Made by a program: the position numbers and the translations under genes. Shown in pieces: positions 19,477-28,847 of a stretch of DNA of 64,000 nucleotides. The notes under the pieces are model-generated. The model saw only the letters and a list, made by a program, of their open reading frames with translations. It did not search any database and had not been told where the DNA came from. How positions within the stretch are numbered: the stretch's first letter is position 1; every line of letters begins with the position of its first letter. Origin of the DNA: an uncultured Verrucomicrobiae bacterium (GTDB lineage: Bacteria > Verrucomicrobiota > Verrucomicrobiia > Chthoniobacterales > JAFAMB01); assembly GCA_963837955.1 (NCBI GenBank), contig CAWIPH010000002.1:2656001-2720000 (forward strand), given 5' to 3'.

Positions 19477-19542
19477 ATATGTAAGTTTTCGTTTACATAT
19501 ACGTAAGAAATAACTTATATATATTTAAGCACAAACTTACGT
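19477..19542 (+). promoter_or_regulatory. Triple ArsR-type operator array
   Basis: TAAG-N6-(C/T)TTA at 19482, 19504 and 19526 (22-bp period), ending just before the GTG start. Confidence 0.65.
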
Positions 19543-19547
19543 AAACA

Positions 19548-19838
19548 GTGGCAAACCAGGCGTTGTTTCAAGCATTGGCTGATCCGACTCGGCGGGAATT
19601 GCTCGAGCGGCTCCGGTTTGGTCCCCTTCCCGTCGGCAAATTGGCGATTGGATTGGACATGAGCAGACCAGCCGTCTCTCAGCATTTGAGAGTTTTGCGG
19701 GAGGCCGGCTTAGTGAGCGAAACTCGCGAAGCTACCTTGCGCTATTACCGGCTGGAAACGACCGGATTCCTCCGTTTGAGCGACTACATCGGGCGATTTT
19801 GCGATAGGCGGCCGGGGTCTGAGAAAACCAGCCGCTAG
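19548..19838 (+). CDS. ArsR/SmtB-family regulator
   Basis: FQALADPTRRELL, SRPAVSQHLRVLREAGLV. Confidence 0.9.
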   Translation: MANQALFQALADPTRRELLERLRFGPLPVGKLAIGLDMSRPAVSQHLRVLREAGLVSETREATLRYYRLETTGFLRLSDYIGRFCDRRPGSEKTSR

Positions 19839-20196
19839 ATCGTTCGGCCGTTGAATTCCGATCGGTTGAGAATCGGCATGCCTCCGGGCGGCGGAGGGGA
19901 GGTGCTTCTGACTTCGCTAAGTTGTACGCCTCCCGGGAATAGCCCACGGTGAAATCGAAGCCCGCGGTTGGGTGCGAAATCTTTGGTCTCGATTCCTCGG
20001 CGCGCGTTGGATCACGCCCGGGCGTCGCGAGCAACGCCCCTCCGATCGCTGGGTATATTTCCGCCAATGCATGGAAAGAGAATTCCCCCTCCGAGGCAAG
20101 ATAAAGGGTTCCACCCCCGAATTCCTCGTTGCTTAGGTTCTAATCCAAGCGCGCGGGCTTGACGTTCGCACAGGGCGAAAAGAATTTTGTGAGCGA

Positions 20197-20223
20197 TGTC
20201 GAAATCCTGCTCTGCGGCGCGTC
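20197..20223 (+). promoter_or_regulatory. Putative ECF42-dependent promoter
   Basis: TGTCGA-N17-CGTC upstream of the YciI/ECF operon, matching the ECF42 consensus as I recall it. Confidence 0.65.
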
Positions 20224-20274
20224 AGCGTATCGAGCAGCAACGTTTTGCGCTCACAAACAATGAAAGGATAACCT

Positions 20275-20631
20275 ATGAATTACACGCTCTTGTTCTATCA
20301 AAGCCCTGACGAATTTGCCGCCCGCACCGACCCAAAGAAGAGAGAAGCCTTCTGGGGCAGCTTTCTCCCTTATATGCAAGCGCTCAAAGACGCGGGCGTA
20401 GTGGTAAGCGGAGCCGGCCTCCAGCCACCAGAGACTGCCACCATCGTGAAACTGCGCGACGGCCAGCGGCAAGTACAGGACGGACCTTATGCTGATACCA
20501 AGGAACAGCTCGGTGGTTTCTTTATCATCGATGTGCCGGACCTCGATACCGCGCTCGACTGGGCAGCCCGCTACCCGGCCGGACCCGGCGGATTGGTCGA
20601 AGTGCGGCCCAACCTGCCACCAATGAGTTGA
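20275..20631 (+). CDS. YciI/DGPF-family protein
   Basis: DGPYADTKEQLGGFFII, VEVRP. Confidence 0.92.
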   Translation: MNYTLLFYQSPDEFAARTDPKKREAFWGSFLPYMQALKDAGVVVSGAGLQPPETATIVKLRDGQRQVQDGPYADTKEQLGGFFIIDVPDLDTALDWAARYPAGPGGLVEVRPNLPPMS

Positions 20632-20726
20632 AGCCGCTTCGACGTTTTACGGGAGGAATCTTTTGCCCGGCGCGCATCACAACCACAGCAGCATGACAAG
20701 TACCATGCGTAGAAAGACGCCCGCGA

Positions 20727-21953
20727 ATGGAAGCGAGTCGTGCGGTTGAAAAAGTGGCAAGGGATTCCTACGGCCGGCTGTTAGCCTACCTGGCCGCCCG
20801 TTCGCGCGATGTGGCATCGGCGGAAGATGCGCTCGCTGATGCCTTCCACGCTGCACTGAAGACCTGGCCGCGCACCGGCGTGCCGGAAAAACCCGAGGCC
20901 TGGCTGCTTACGGCGGCGCGCCACCGGCTGATCGACGGTGCCCGCCACGCTCGCGTCCACGCCGATTCGGTACCGGCTCTACTCGCAGCGACCGAGGAGG
21001 CGCAGAAACTGGCGAGCATTGATACCGTGTTCCCCGACGAGAGGCTTAAGCTTCTGTTCATCTGCTCCCACCCGGCGATCGACGCCTCTGCTCGAACGGC
21101 GCTTATGCTCCAAACTGTGCTGGGGCTAGACGCAGCCCGCATCGCATCGGCGTTTCTGGTGAAGCCTTCCACGATGGGTCAGCGGCTCACCCGAGCGAAG
21201 GCGAAGATTCGCGATGCCGGCATTGCGTTCGAACCACCCGAACCCAAGGAGCTGCCATCGCGCCTGGACGCCGTTTTGGAGGCAGTTTATGCGACTTATG
21301 GCAGCGGGTGGGACGATGTAGCGGGCGCCGACCCGCGCCGCAAGGGACTGGCTGCCGAAGCAATCGATTTGGGTCGACTGCTTCTGCGGCTCCTGCCATC
21401 CGAGCCAGAAGTAAACGGGCTAATGGCACTCATGCTGCATTGCGAGGCGCGCCGGGACGCACGACGCACAGCAACGGGATGCTATGTGCCGCTGCTGGAA
21501 CAGGACGTGGAGCGTTGGTCTAACCCGATGATCGAGGAAGCAGAGCAGCTCCTAATCGCTGCCAAGCAATTTGGCCAAATCGGGCGCTTCCAACTTGAAG
21601 CGGCCATTCAATCGGTACACGCCCGCCGAGCATCGATCGGCTACACTGACTGGGAAGCGATCGCCCTGCTCTACGAAGGGCTTGTGCGATTTGCGCCAAC
21701 CATTGGCGCGCTGGTCGGCCGCGCCGCCGCCGTCGCCGAGGCGCGCGGTGTCGAGGCTGGTTGGGCGCTGCTCGAAGCCATCCCCGTCGAGGCGGTCAAG
21801 AGCTACCAACCCTACTGGGCACTTGCCGCGCATTTGCTCAAGTGGATGCAACGTTCTGAAGAGGCCAGTATCGCCTACAGCCGCGCTATCGGCTTGTGCG
21901 AGGATCCAGCCATGCGCGAGTTTCTGATGCAGCGAGCACGGCGGGCGCCCTAA
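20727..21953 (+). CDS. ECF42-type sigma factor with C-terminal TPR extension (DUF6596)
   Basis: AEDALADAF, PEAWLL, DERLKLLFICSHPA, GRFQLEAAIQSVH, TDW..I..LY. Confidence 0.9.
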   Translation: MEASRAVEKVARDSYGRLLAYLAARSRDVASAEDALADAFHAALKTWPRTGVPEKPEAWLLTAARHRLIDGARHARVHADSVPALLAATEEAQKLASIDTVFPDERLKLLFICSHPAIDASARTALMLQTVLGLDAARIASAFLVKPSTMGQRLTRAKAKIRDAGIAFEPPEPKELPSRLDAVLEAVYATYGSGWDDVAGADPRRKGLAAEAIDLGRLLLRLLPSEPEVNGLMALMLHCEARRDARRTATGCYVPLLEQDVERWSNPMIEEAEQLLIAAKQFGQIGRFQLEAAIQSVHARRASIGYTDWEAIALLYEGLVRFAPTIGALVGRAAAVAEARGVEAGWALLEAIPVEAVKSYQPYWALAAHLLKWMQRSEEASIAYSRAIGLCEDPAMREFLMQRARRAP

Positions 21954-22069
21954 GGTCGGGGACGGGGTGCTCCAGGGTCCGGTCTCGGGCGAACCAAAAG
22001 TCGAAACTTGCCAGCGCGAGAAATTATTCGAGTGGTTCGCGCGACTGGCCTGACGCGTTCAGGCCCCAG

Positions 22070-22729
22070 TCAGAGCTTCCGGACCACAGTCAAGCCATCA
22101 CCCGAGGTCAGCATTACAGCAGAGACTCGCTGATCGTCGCGGATCTTGAGGTTGAGCCGGCGCATCGATTGGGTCTCGGTGTCGTCGATTTTGTTATCGG
22201 CGACATTTCCCCCTCGTAGAACATTATCCAGCACGATCACACCACCGGAGCGGACCAATTCAAGGCAGGCTTCATAGTAGAGGTCGTACGCCAACTTATC
22301 TGCATCGATGAGGGCAAAATCGAACGAATTCTGGCCGAACTCGCGCGCTAATTGTCCTAGCGTTACTGCCGCAGGTCCGATGCGAAGATCGATCTTATGG
22401 GCCACACCAGCTTCTTTCCAGTACGGTTTACCAATCGAAGTCCACTCGGCACTGATGTCGCACGCAACCAGTTTCCCATCGGCTGGAAGTACCATGGCGA
22501 TACTGAGAGCGCTGAAGCCGGTAAAGGTGCCGACTTCCAAGGCGCGTCGGGCGCCGATCAGCTGCGCCAGCCACGCCAAAAAGGCTCCTTGATCCGGACC
22601 GAGCTGCATGACGGCGTCTGGGAGCTTTTCCGTTTCTCTTCGGAGCCGTTGCTGGACATCGGTTTCCTTGGTTACTACCTGTGCTACATACTTTTCGACG
22701 GCATCGGGAAGCAGGGAACGTTTGACCAT
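22070..22729 (-). CDS. Cation-dependent O-methyltransferase (caffeoyl-CoA OMT-like)
   Basis: LEVGTFTGFS, FD...IDADK, DNVL. Confidence 0.92.
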   Translation of the reverse strand: MVKRSLLPDAVEKYVAQVVTKETDVQQRLRRETEKLPDAVMQLGPDQGAFLAWLAQLIGARRALEVGTFTGFSALSIAMVLPADGKLVACDISAEWTSIGKPYWKEAGVAHKIDLRIGPAAVTLGQLAREFGQNSFDFALIDADKLAYDLYYEACLELVRSGGVIVLDNVLRGGNVADNKIDDTETQSMRRLNLKIRDDQRVSAVMLTSGDGLTVVRKL

Positions 22730-22762
22730 GAAGTCCCAACGTATGGGGCGGAAGATGTCTCG

Positions 22763-23563
22763 TCAATCGACTGGCGGTGAACAAAACAGCATCCATGTTC
22801 CGAACGCGAGGAGAGCAAAGCCCGATACCTGCGACAAACGCCAACGTCTTGGCGCGATGCGCTCAGACAATGCAAATATCGCGAGCAACGCAATCCAGAG
22901 AAGATTCATAATACCGACTGCGAAAAGCAGGAGCATCAGCAGCCAGCAGCAAGTTGTGCAGAACAGACCGTGCCTCCATCCCATCAGGAAGGCGCCGGCT
23001 CGCCCGTCGCGCCACTCAGTCATCAGGAACGTCAATGGCGATCGACAATGATTCAGGCAAACATTCTTGAGGGGTGAAAACTGGAACAGGCCAGCACCCA
23101 CAAAAAGTAGGCCACAAAGAATCGAACTCTTGGTGACCATCTGAGGTGAAAGCAGCGCAGTACCATGCAAGATCCATTGGGCAATCGCAGCGCCCAGGCT
23201 GAAAGCTGTCCAGACGACGAAGTATCCAGAAATGAAAAAAGCCGTTGGCACATACGGTTGGCCACGATCGGCGCGGGAACGTGAGACCTTTGAAAAAAGG
23301 AGAACAAGCGGTGCGACCGCCGGAAGCATCATTGCTACCATCATCTCGGCCCACATCAGAAAGAGAGGCACCAGAGTTTGCGGCGCCCACGGCGCTAAGT
23401 TAGGTCCGCTAATTGCCATCGCCGCGCAGTGGCAAATTCCGGTCGCGGCGAATCTCTCGGTCTCGAAGATAAGGTAAAACCACGCCACACCCGCAATCCC
23501 TGCAAGCGCAACGCCGACCGCCAATCGATCTCGCCGCACCATAGTCTCGATCACTTTCGGCAT
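22763..23563 (-). CDS. DUF2182 predicted metal-binding membrane protein
   Basis: MW..MMVAMMLP, FQFSPLK..CL.HCRSP, G.RHGL.C..CCW.LM. Confidence 0.9.
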   Translation of the reverse strand: MPKVIETMVRRDRLAVGVALAGIAGVAWFYLIFETERFAATGICHCAAMAISGPNLAPWAPQTLVPLFLMWAEMMVAMMLPAVAPLVLLFSKVSRSRADRGQPYVPTAFFISGYFVVWTAFSLGAAIAQWILHGTALLSPQMVTKSSILCGLLFVGAGLFQFSPLKNVCLNHCRSPLTFLMTEWRDGRAGAFLMGWRHGLFCTTCCWLLMLLLFAVGIMNLLWIALLAIFALSERIAPRRWRLSQVSGFALLAFGTWMLFCSPPVD

Positions 23564-23583
23564 GGCCGCTGGTATCCAGGCGG

Positions 23584-24204
23584 TTAGTTTTGGTAATGAA
23601 CTTCGGTTACAAAGCCTGCTTTGTTAGAGCATTGGAAATTTATACTGCCGGCCGAGACGCGTAATTCGCGCGCCGAAACCACTTCTGCACCTCGAAAGAT
23701 AAACCCTGTGGCGTGTTCGATGCGTACAAACTCCGGCTCCCCGCTAACCGGATTTTTGACCGGCTCGAGATCGAACGCAACGCTGTCACCGATTCGTGCC
23801 CCGCTATTACGCCCGGCCAAGCGAAATTCAAACGGTACGAAGTTCGTCTCTTGGACGGTAGAGAACGTCGTTGCCAGAATTTCGAATGGAAGCCCACCAA
23901 GTTTGCCCAACGCAATGTTCTCGAGCGCTCTACGCTGCTTTTCATTGGCGCGCTCGTCGACGAACACTGTGACAGTGCCACCGCCCAAGTGGATCGCTTT
24001 CGGCCAATGTGCTGCAAAAGCCAGACAAAGGCCATCGAGCGGCACATCCCCGCATCGGCCGGTTTTAATTCGCCACGTCCCTGCGCCTTCACAGAAGCCG
24101 GGTGTCGGAGGAGCGGAAAACTCGCATGGACACCCGTAATCGCAATTGCAAGCCTGGAGGTAATCTGCGTCGAAAACCCAGGATAATGGTGCTGAAGCTG
24201 ACAT
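23584..24204 (-). CDS. DUF1326 Cys-rich protein
   Basis: ACNCDYGCPC...PT.G.CEG; DERA...QR.AL; start placed at MSASAP because the upstream extension runs into a repeat. Confidence 0.88.
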   Translation of the reverse strand: MSASAPLSWVFDADYLQACNCDYGCPCEFSAPPTPGFCEGAGTWRIKTGRCGDVPLDGLCLAFAAHWPKAIHLGGGTVTVFVDERANEKQRRALENIALGKLGGLPFEILATTFSTVQETNFVPFEFRLAGRNSGARIGDSVAFDLEPVKNPVSGEPEFVRIEHATGFIFRGAEVVSARELRVSAGSINFQCSNKAGFVTEVHYQN

Positions 24205-24291
24205 AGTCTTACCCTCGCGAGAGGTTAGATCTTTTGGGATGTTGAGCTTAGCACGAGCCGGCCGGGCCGCGTCAATTCGAAACGGCAGAAG

Positions 24292-24559
24292 CTCACGCAA
24301 AGGCGCATCAGAATCGATTCAAAGAAAACCTCACGCAAAGACGCAAAGGCGCAAAGAAATACGGAAGGCAAAAGAGGAAGAGCCTCGAGACGGTTTTGTC
24401 TCCGGTGTCCGCGCGTCAAGCCGATGGGCGTCCGCCGAACCAAACTCTTTCAACGCTAGGTTGTTTGGGTGGGATCTACCCTTCCCCACTCTTCTTTGCG
24501 GCTTTGCGTCTTTGCGTGAGGTTTTTCTTTGCGAAGCTCCTGATGCGTCTTTGCGTGAG
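24292..24559. repeat. CGCAAAG-octamer inverted-repeat element
   Basis: Left CTCACGCAAAGACGCAAAGGCGCAAAG, right CTTTGCGGCTTTGCGTCTTTGCGTGAG, plus an outer second pair; the same arms occur at 32222/32578. Confidence 0.85.
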
Positions 24560-24561
24560 AT

Positions 24562-25332
24562 TCAAAGCCCCGGTATGATGAGCCGCAGCGCGCGAGCTTG
24601 GCGCTCGCTCACTTCAATTTGCGTGCCGGCAGCGTCATCCATGACCAGCATAAAGGCGCTACGCGCCGTCGGTTTGATCTCTTTGACTCGGCTTAGATTC
24701 ACCAGTGACGAACGATGGGCCCGGAAGAAGTTGAACTCGCTCAGACCTTGCTCGAGATCACCGAGCTGATAGTTAACCCACACGGTGTCGTTGCTGGTTC
24801 GGGCGCGTACGATGCCGTTGTCGATGAAGAAATAAAGTATCTCGGCCGGATCCAGCAGCATGAAACGATCGAGTTTACGCGCTACGATCTGCCGAAAATT
24901 GCGCGGCACGCTTGCCGTGAAATGTTGTATCTGATCGGTGGCCTGGGCGCGATCCTCGCTGAAATGTTGCAGTCGCCACGCCCGTTCCACCATCTCGCGT
25001 AATCGTTCCGGCTCAATTGGCTTCAGCAGATAAGCGATCGCGTTAGCGTCAAATGCGGCCATGGCATGCTCGTGAAAGCCGGTAACAAAGATGATCAACG
25101 GCAATGTCATTTCCGCCGGCAGCGCTTTGAGCGTTTCAAAACCGTCCAGCCCAGGCATCTGAACATCCAGAAATACCAAGTCTGGCCGTAGCCGCTGGAT
25201 TTCACCAACAGCCTCTAGTCCGTCTTTGGCTTCACCAATTACCTCGACATGTTCCTCGTCGTTCAAGAGCCGGCGCAGACGCAACCGGGCGTTGGGTTCG
25301 TCATCAATGAGCAACGAGCGCAGTTTTTTCAT
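24562..25332 (-). CDS. LytTR-family response regulator
   Basis: IDDE, FLDVQMP, YLLKP receiver; FFRAHRSSLVNL LytTR domain. Confidence 0.95.
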   Translation of the reverse strand: MKKLRSLLIDDEPNARLRLRRLLNDEEHVEVIGEAKDGLEAVGEIQRLRPDLVFLDVQMPGLDGFETLKALPAEMTLPLIIFVTGFHEHAMAAFDANAIAYLLKPIEPERLREMVERAWRLQHFSEDRAQATDQIQHFTASVPRNFRQIVARKLDRFMLLDPAEILYFFIDNGIVRARTSNDTVWVNYQLGDLEQGLSEFNFFRAHRSSLVNLSRVKEIKPTARSAFMLVMDDAAGTQIEVSERQARALRLIIPGL

Positions 25333-27367
25333 GCACCACTGGAATCGGTATCAAAATTTGGGCGCGCGACCCGGTGCGCGGCTGGCTTTCGAACAAGAAG
25401 CGAGCGCTACCGTGGTAAACGGTTTGTAGCCGTTCCTCCACGTTACGGAGCCCCAATCCGGTGGAGTTGCGCTCGGCTAGCTTCTTGGGTGCGTTCGCGC
25501 CGACCCCGTTATCTTCGACTGTCAATTCGAGGTAATCTGTTTGTCGACGCGCGCGAATGGTCAACTCATTCAGTCCAACCTTCGGTCCTAAACCATGCTT
25601 GATCGAGTTTTCCACGAGCGGCTGAAGGATCAAGGTAGGTACTGACAGTTGGGCAACCGATTCGTGAACGTCGAAGTTGACTCGCAATCGTTCACCAAAC
25701 CGGACCTTTTCGATTTCCAAATACGTTTCCAAAAACGAGATTTCCTCGTTGACCGAACTGAATGGGCGGTCGTGATAAGTCAGTACGTGCCGGAAGATTT
25801 TTGCCAGCCGGATTATCATTTCCTCTGCCGCTCGCGGGTCCGCTGCGGTCAGAGCGGCAACACTGTTCAAGGAATTGAAAAGAAAATGCGGATTGATCTG
25901 AGCTCGAAGCGCTCGGAGTTCCGCTTCGACTAGTTGTTTAACTAGTTGGGCCTCGCGGCCAGCGCGTTCGATATTCTCTTTTTCACGGTCGATCGCTTCC
26001 AGGCGGCGGCCGATCGCCAAACAGACTTCCCGCAGGAAATCGATTTCCGCATTGAAAAGGGTGTGGCGACGGGGTCCAGGCGAAATCACCAAGTAGAATG
26101 CCGCCGGCTCTTCGCCTTTCTGAATTGGAAATATACAGTCGCGGCCTGGTTCCGAGCAGATCCCCGAGACCGTCTTATCGTTAACGTCCGTTAGGTTCAT
26201 CACCTGCTTCACCCTAAAGCCGCGCGCCTCTAGATGACTCTGCGGCAGATCCTCTGGAGTATCGTTCGAGCGAATAGTGGCATCCGCGATCCGCAATGTG
26301 CTTCGTACCAATTCTTCTCCGGTGCGGAAGATCCGAAGCGATTCAGATTCGCGGGCGATGGTCTCACGAAACGATTTGAGCGCGCGCTGGTAATCGGCTT
26401 GCCGAAAAATTTGTCGATCGACTAACCAATCGCTCAGCGTCGTAATTTTCGCGTAGCAAATGATTCCTATCCAAACGATCACGGCGAAGGCAAGTACCGC
26501 CAGGCCGCGGGAGGGCCCATTAGCACTCAGCGTGGACCAAAAGATCCCGCGGGCGAGGAGTGCGCTACCCATCGCGAGTAAGGCCCCCAACAAGATACGC
26601 AGGCCCTTCTGCGCAAAAATATCGCTAAAGCGAAAGCGAGAGAATCCGAAAAGACCGCCGGCGACAACGAGCAGTATGCTGAATTGCTTGGAAAAGATAA
26701 CCAGCGAGTCCAACCAGGCAGGAGGATTCGCGATATGCTCCTCTACCACATGGATCGTTGCCAGACTGATACCGGTCAGTAATGCCGCTGCGGAGATCCA
26801 GGAGAGCCGGCCTCGAAGCCGGCCAGGCAAGAAGACTAATGCACCGATCCAAAGGAAGAACACGCCGTTGTAAGCTGCAAAATCAAAGCGGGGGCCTACC
26901 GAACTATCCACAGAGCCCAGATAATCAATGTCCTGCGGAAGGAGTCCGGTAACATGGCCGAAGCTCAGGAACACGGTGCTCAAACCAGCTAGTGCAAAAA
27001 CCACTCGTCCAAGCTGCTTTCTCCAAATCGAGGTATAGGGGCCATGCGCCCAGAGCCCAAGAATCGTCAGCGGCCAGGCAACCGCCGCGCAGAAAGCCAC
27101 GTTGCGCGGCACAACGACCGCCAGTGAAGAGGTCGACTGACCAAGGCAGAAGGCTATTTGTGCGACAGAGGCTCCCAAAGTAAACGTGAGCGCGCATACC
27201 GCGAAACCCAGACGGGCGACGCGATTCTCCCCGCTTGAGCGCAGCGCTAGTATGAGAAGAAGAGCCGAAAGCGGAATTCCGACACCAAAATTGAAAGATT
27301 TTTCGATAACGCTCGAATCGTTACCCAGAGCGTCAGCATACAATAAGAAAAGAGGAAAACGGATCAC
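25304..27367 (-). CDS. LytS/AlgZ-type membrane sensor histidine kinase
   Basis: Multiple TM helices; AQINPHFLFNSLN, LQPLVENSIKHG, EDNGVG, GLGL.NV. Confidence 0.93.
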   Translation of the reverse strand: MIRFPLFLLYADALGNDSSVIEKSFNFGVGIPLSALLLILALRSSGENRVARLGFAVCALTFTLGASVAQIAFCLGQSTSSLAVVVPRNVAFCAAVAWPLTILGLWAHGPYTSIWRKQLGRVVFALAGLSTVFLSFGHVTGLLPQDIDYLGSVDSSVGPRFDFAAYNGVFFLWIGALVFLPGRLRGRLSWISAAALLTGISLATIHVVEEHIANPPAWLDSLVIFSKQFSILLVVAGGLFGFSRFRFSDIFAQKGLRILLGALLAMGSALLARGIFWSTLSANGPSRGLAVLAFAVIVWIGIICYAKITTLSDWLVDRQIFRQADYQRALKSFRETIARESESLRIFRTGEELVRSTLRIADATIRSNDTPEDLPQSHLEARGFRVKQVMNLTDVNDKTVSGICSEPGRDCIFPIQKGEEPAAFYLVISPGPRRHTLFNAEIDFLREVCLAIGRRLEAIDREKENIERAGREAQLVKQLVEAELRALRAQINPHFLFNSLNSVAALTAADPRAAEEMIIRLAKIFRHVLTYHDRPFSSVNEEISFLETYLEIEKVRFGERLRVNFDVHESVAQLSVPTLILQPLVENSIKHGLGPKVGLNELTIRARRQTDYLELTVEDNGVGANAPKKLAERNSTGLGLRNVEERLQTVYHGSARFLFESQPRTGSRAQILIPIPVVHEKTALVAH

Positions 27368-27708
27368 GGATTCATCGTTCTTTAGCGGATCGTTTCATCT
27401 TTTCGCACTACGAAACAATCAATTAGGCAGGCTTAGGGTCCTGACTCAATAAATTATTTGTCGCACCGTCACGCCTGGTGCGCCGGAAAATCCAACGAAA
27501 CAGCCGCCACCGCCGTTTCCCGGATAAGAGAAAGGGGTTTTGCTCATGAGGGATCTTGTTGGTTTTCATGGGCGTCGCACTGCAATCAAGGTAGAGTTAA
27601 GCTGTTAGGCATCAATTGATTGCCAACGAGCGCGGGGGATTGCTTGTCCAACGCGAATAAGGAGCGACTGAGCGCGTAGTGGGAGTGTTGGCGTGTCGGC
27701 GTAACGAC

Positions 27709-27959
27709 GGGCGGGTAGGGCGAAACAGATCCAGCGAAGGCAGGATCTGTGAGCTTCGTGGTTTTGGGTAGCGGTGCAGGACGCGGCTCAAACCCGACGC
27801 GCGCACGCCAGCGATCTCTTGTCGCGCAAAGTCGCGCCGAGGTTTTCGCCCTACCATTATCGGCGACGGCAACTGCCAAACGTTCCATCACGCCGATCCG
27901 CCAAAACCGCCAGGCTCACAGATCCTGCCTTCGCTGGATCTGTTTCGCCCTACCCGCCC
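27709..27959. repeat. GTAG-type REPIN, copy 1
   Basis: Perfect 46-bp IR GGGCGGGTAGGGCGAAACAGATCCAGCGAAGGCAGGATCTGTGAGC; spacer conserved with the 32335-32579 copy. Confidence 0.9.
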
Positions 27960-28103
27960 CCCAACGTCGATACGCCAGAACACCCCGCGCTCGACTCCCT
28001 TCTCTCGCCACTCGTCAGGCTTTTTCCGCGTCCATCCGGAATCACTGGCTTGCCGGTAGAGCACATTCTACTTACGCGGATGCCAAACCGAAACCTTTGG
28101 GGG

Positions 28104-28469
28104 ATGTCCGAGGGGCAGTCACCTACCGAGAAACGCCAAGAGAACGGCTACAGAAAGCGGTCCAATTGGCTCCACTCGATCGTGGCTGCTGCAGGGATCC
28201 TGACAGTCAGCTCACTGGTGACAGTAGTAGTGTTCGATTGGTATTTCTTTTCCGTTGTCGGCGGGCTGACGAACGCGCTGCGGCCGATCGCCGGAGCACT
28301 CCGCCAAGCTGACGGTAATGCTCAAGCCAGGCCAGCGACTCGTTTCGTGGGCGAGCATGATTCGGACGGAGATCTTCCGGTCCCACCCGAGGAACGCCGC
28401 GATCCAGCCAGCATCGAATCGCTACTTGTCCCCGTATTACGTTCGGCAGCCAACCCGAAGACCAACTAG
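28104..28469 (+). CDS. Hypothetical single-TM protein
   Basis: MSEGQS... with hydrophobic IVAAAGILTVSSLVTVVVFDWYFF; the longer ORF call runs through the REPIN. Confidence 0.5.
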   Translation: MSEGQSPTEKRQENGYRKRSNWLHSIVAAAGILTVSSLVTVVVFDWYFFSVVGGLTNALRPIAGALRQADGNAQARPATRFVGEHDSDGDLPVPPEERRDPASIESLLVPVLRSAANPKTN

Positions 28470-28526
28470 TGCGAATCCGATCTTTCTCGGTATTTGGATT
28501 ACTGCAGCCGCTTCCTGTTTCCGTGT

Positions 28527-28727
28527 ATGAATAACGCGCACGAGTTTGACGAAAAAAGATTTTGGATCGCCCTCTTTTCCACGTTCGTGCAGCGAGAGGT
28601 CAAAGCGAACTTCGTAAGCAGCCCGCGCCATTTTTTCGTTCCCTATTGGACGAGCTCTTTCCCTGAGAAGCGTCGGGAGCGCAAACCGATGACGGTGGAG
28701 CGGGTAGAGGTTGCCAGTAAGCAGTAA
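28527..28727 (+). CDS. Possible small hypothetical protein
   Basis: MNNAHEFDEKRFWIALFSTF..., ending in CAGTAA(G/A) heptamer repeats. Confidence 0.3.
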   Translation: MNNAHEFDEKRFWIALFSTFVQREVKANFVSSPRHFFVPYWTSSFPEKRRERKPMTVERVEVASKQ

Positions 28728-28812
28728 ACAGTAAGCAGTAAACGGGAACGGGATCGCGTTCGTCCAGTTGCTGTGCGGCTTGCTAAGTTTTCCAGATGCT
28801 AAGAAAAGCGAC

Positions 28813-28840
28813 TTGACTGCAAATGAGAATCATTCTCAGT
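28813..28840 (+). promoter_or_regulatory. Fur box overlapping a sigma70 promoter
   Basis: TTGACT followed by the 7-1-7 palindrome TGAGAAT-C-ATTCTCA. Confidence 0.75.
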
Positions 28841-28847
28841 TTAGAGC

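Noticed and set aside
20165..20190. c-di-GMP-I riboswitch-like GCACAGGGCGAAA
   Set aside because: The downstream GGGACGCAAAGC/P2 elements are absent.
27547..27610. Possible frameshifted signal-peptide remnant of a LytTR target gene
   Set aside because: Needs an assumed 1-bp change and is too short to support.
27586..28312. Several overlapping ORFs, also 31901-32637 and 24225-24769
   Set aside because: They are translations of palindromic repeat DNA, with the same peptides recurring at each copy.
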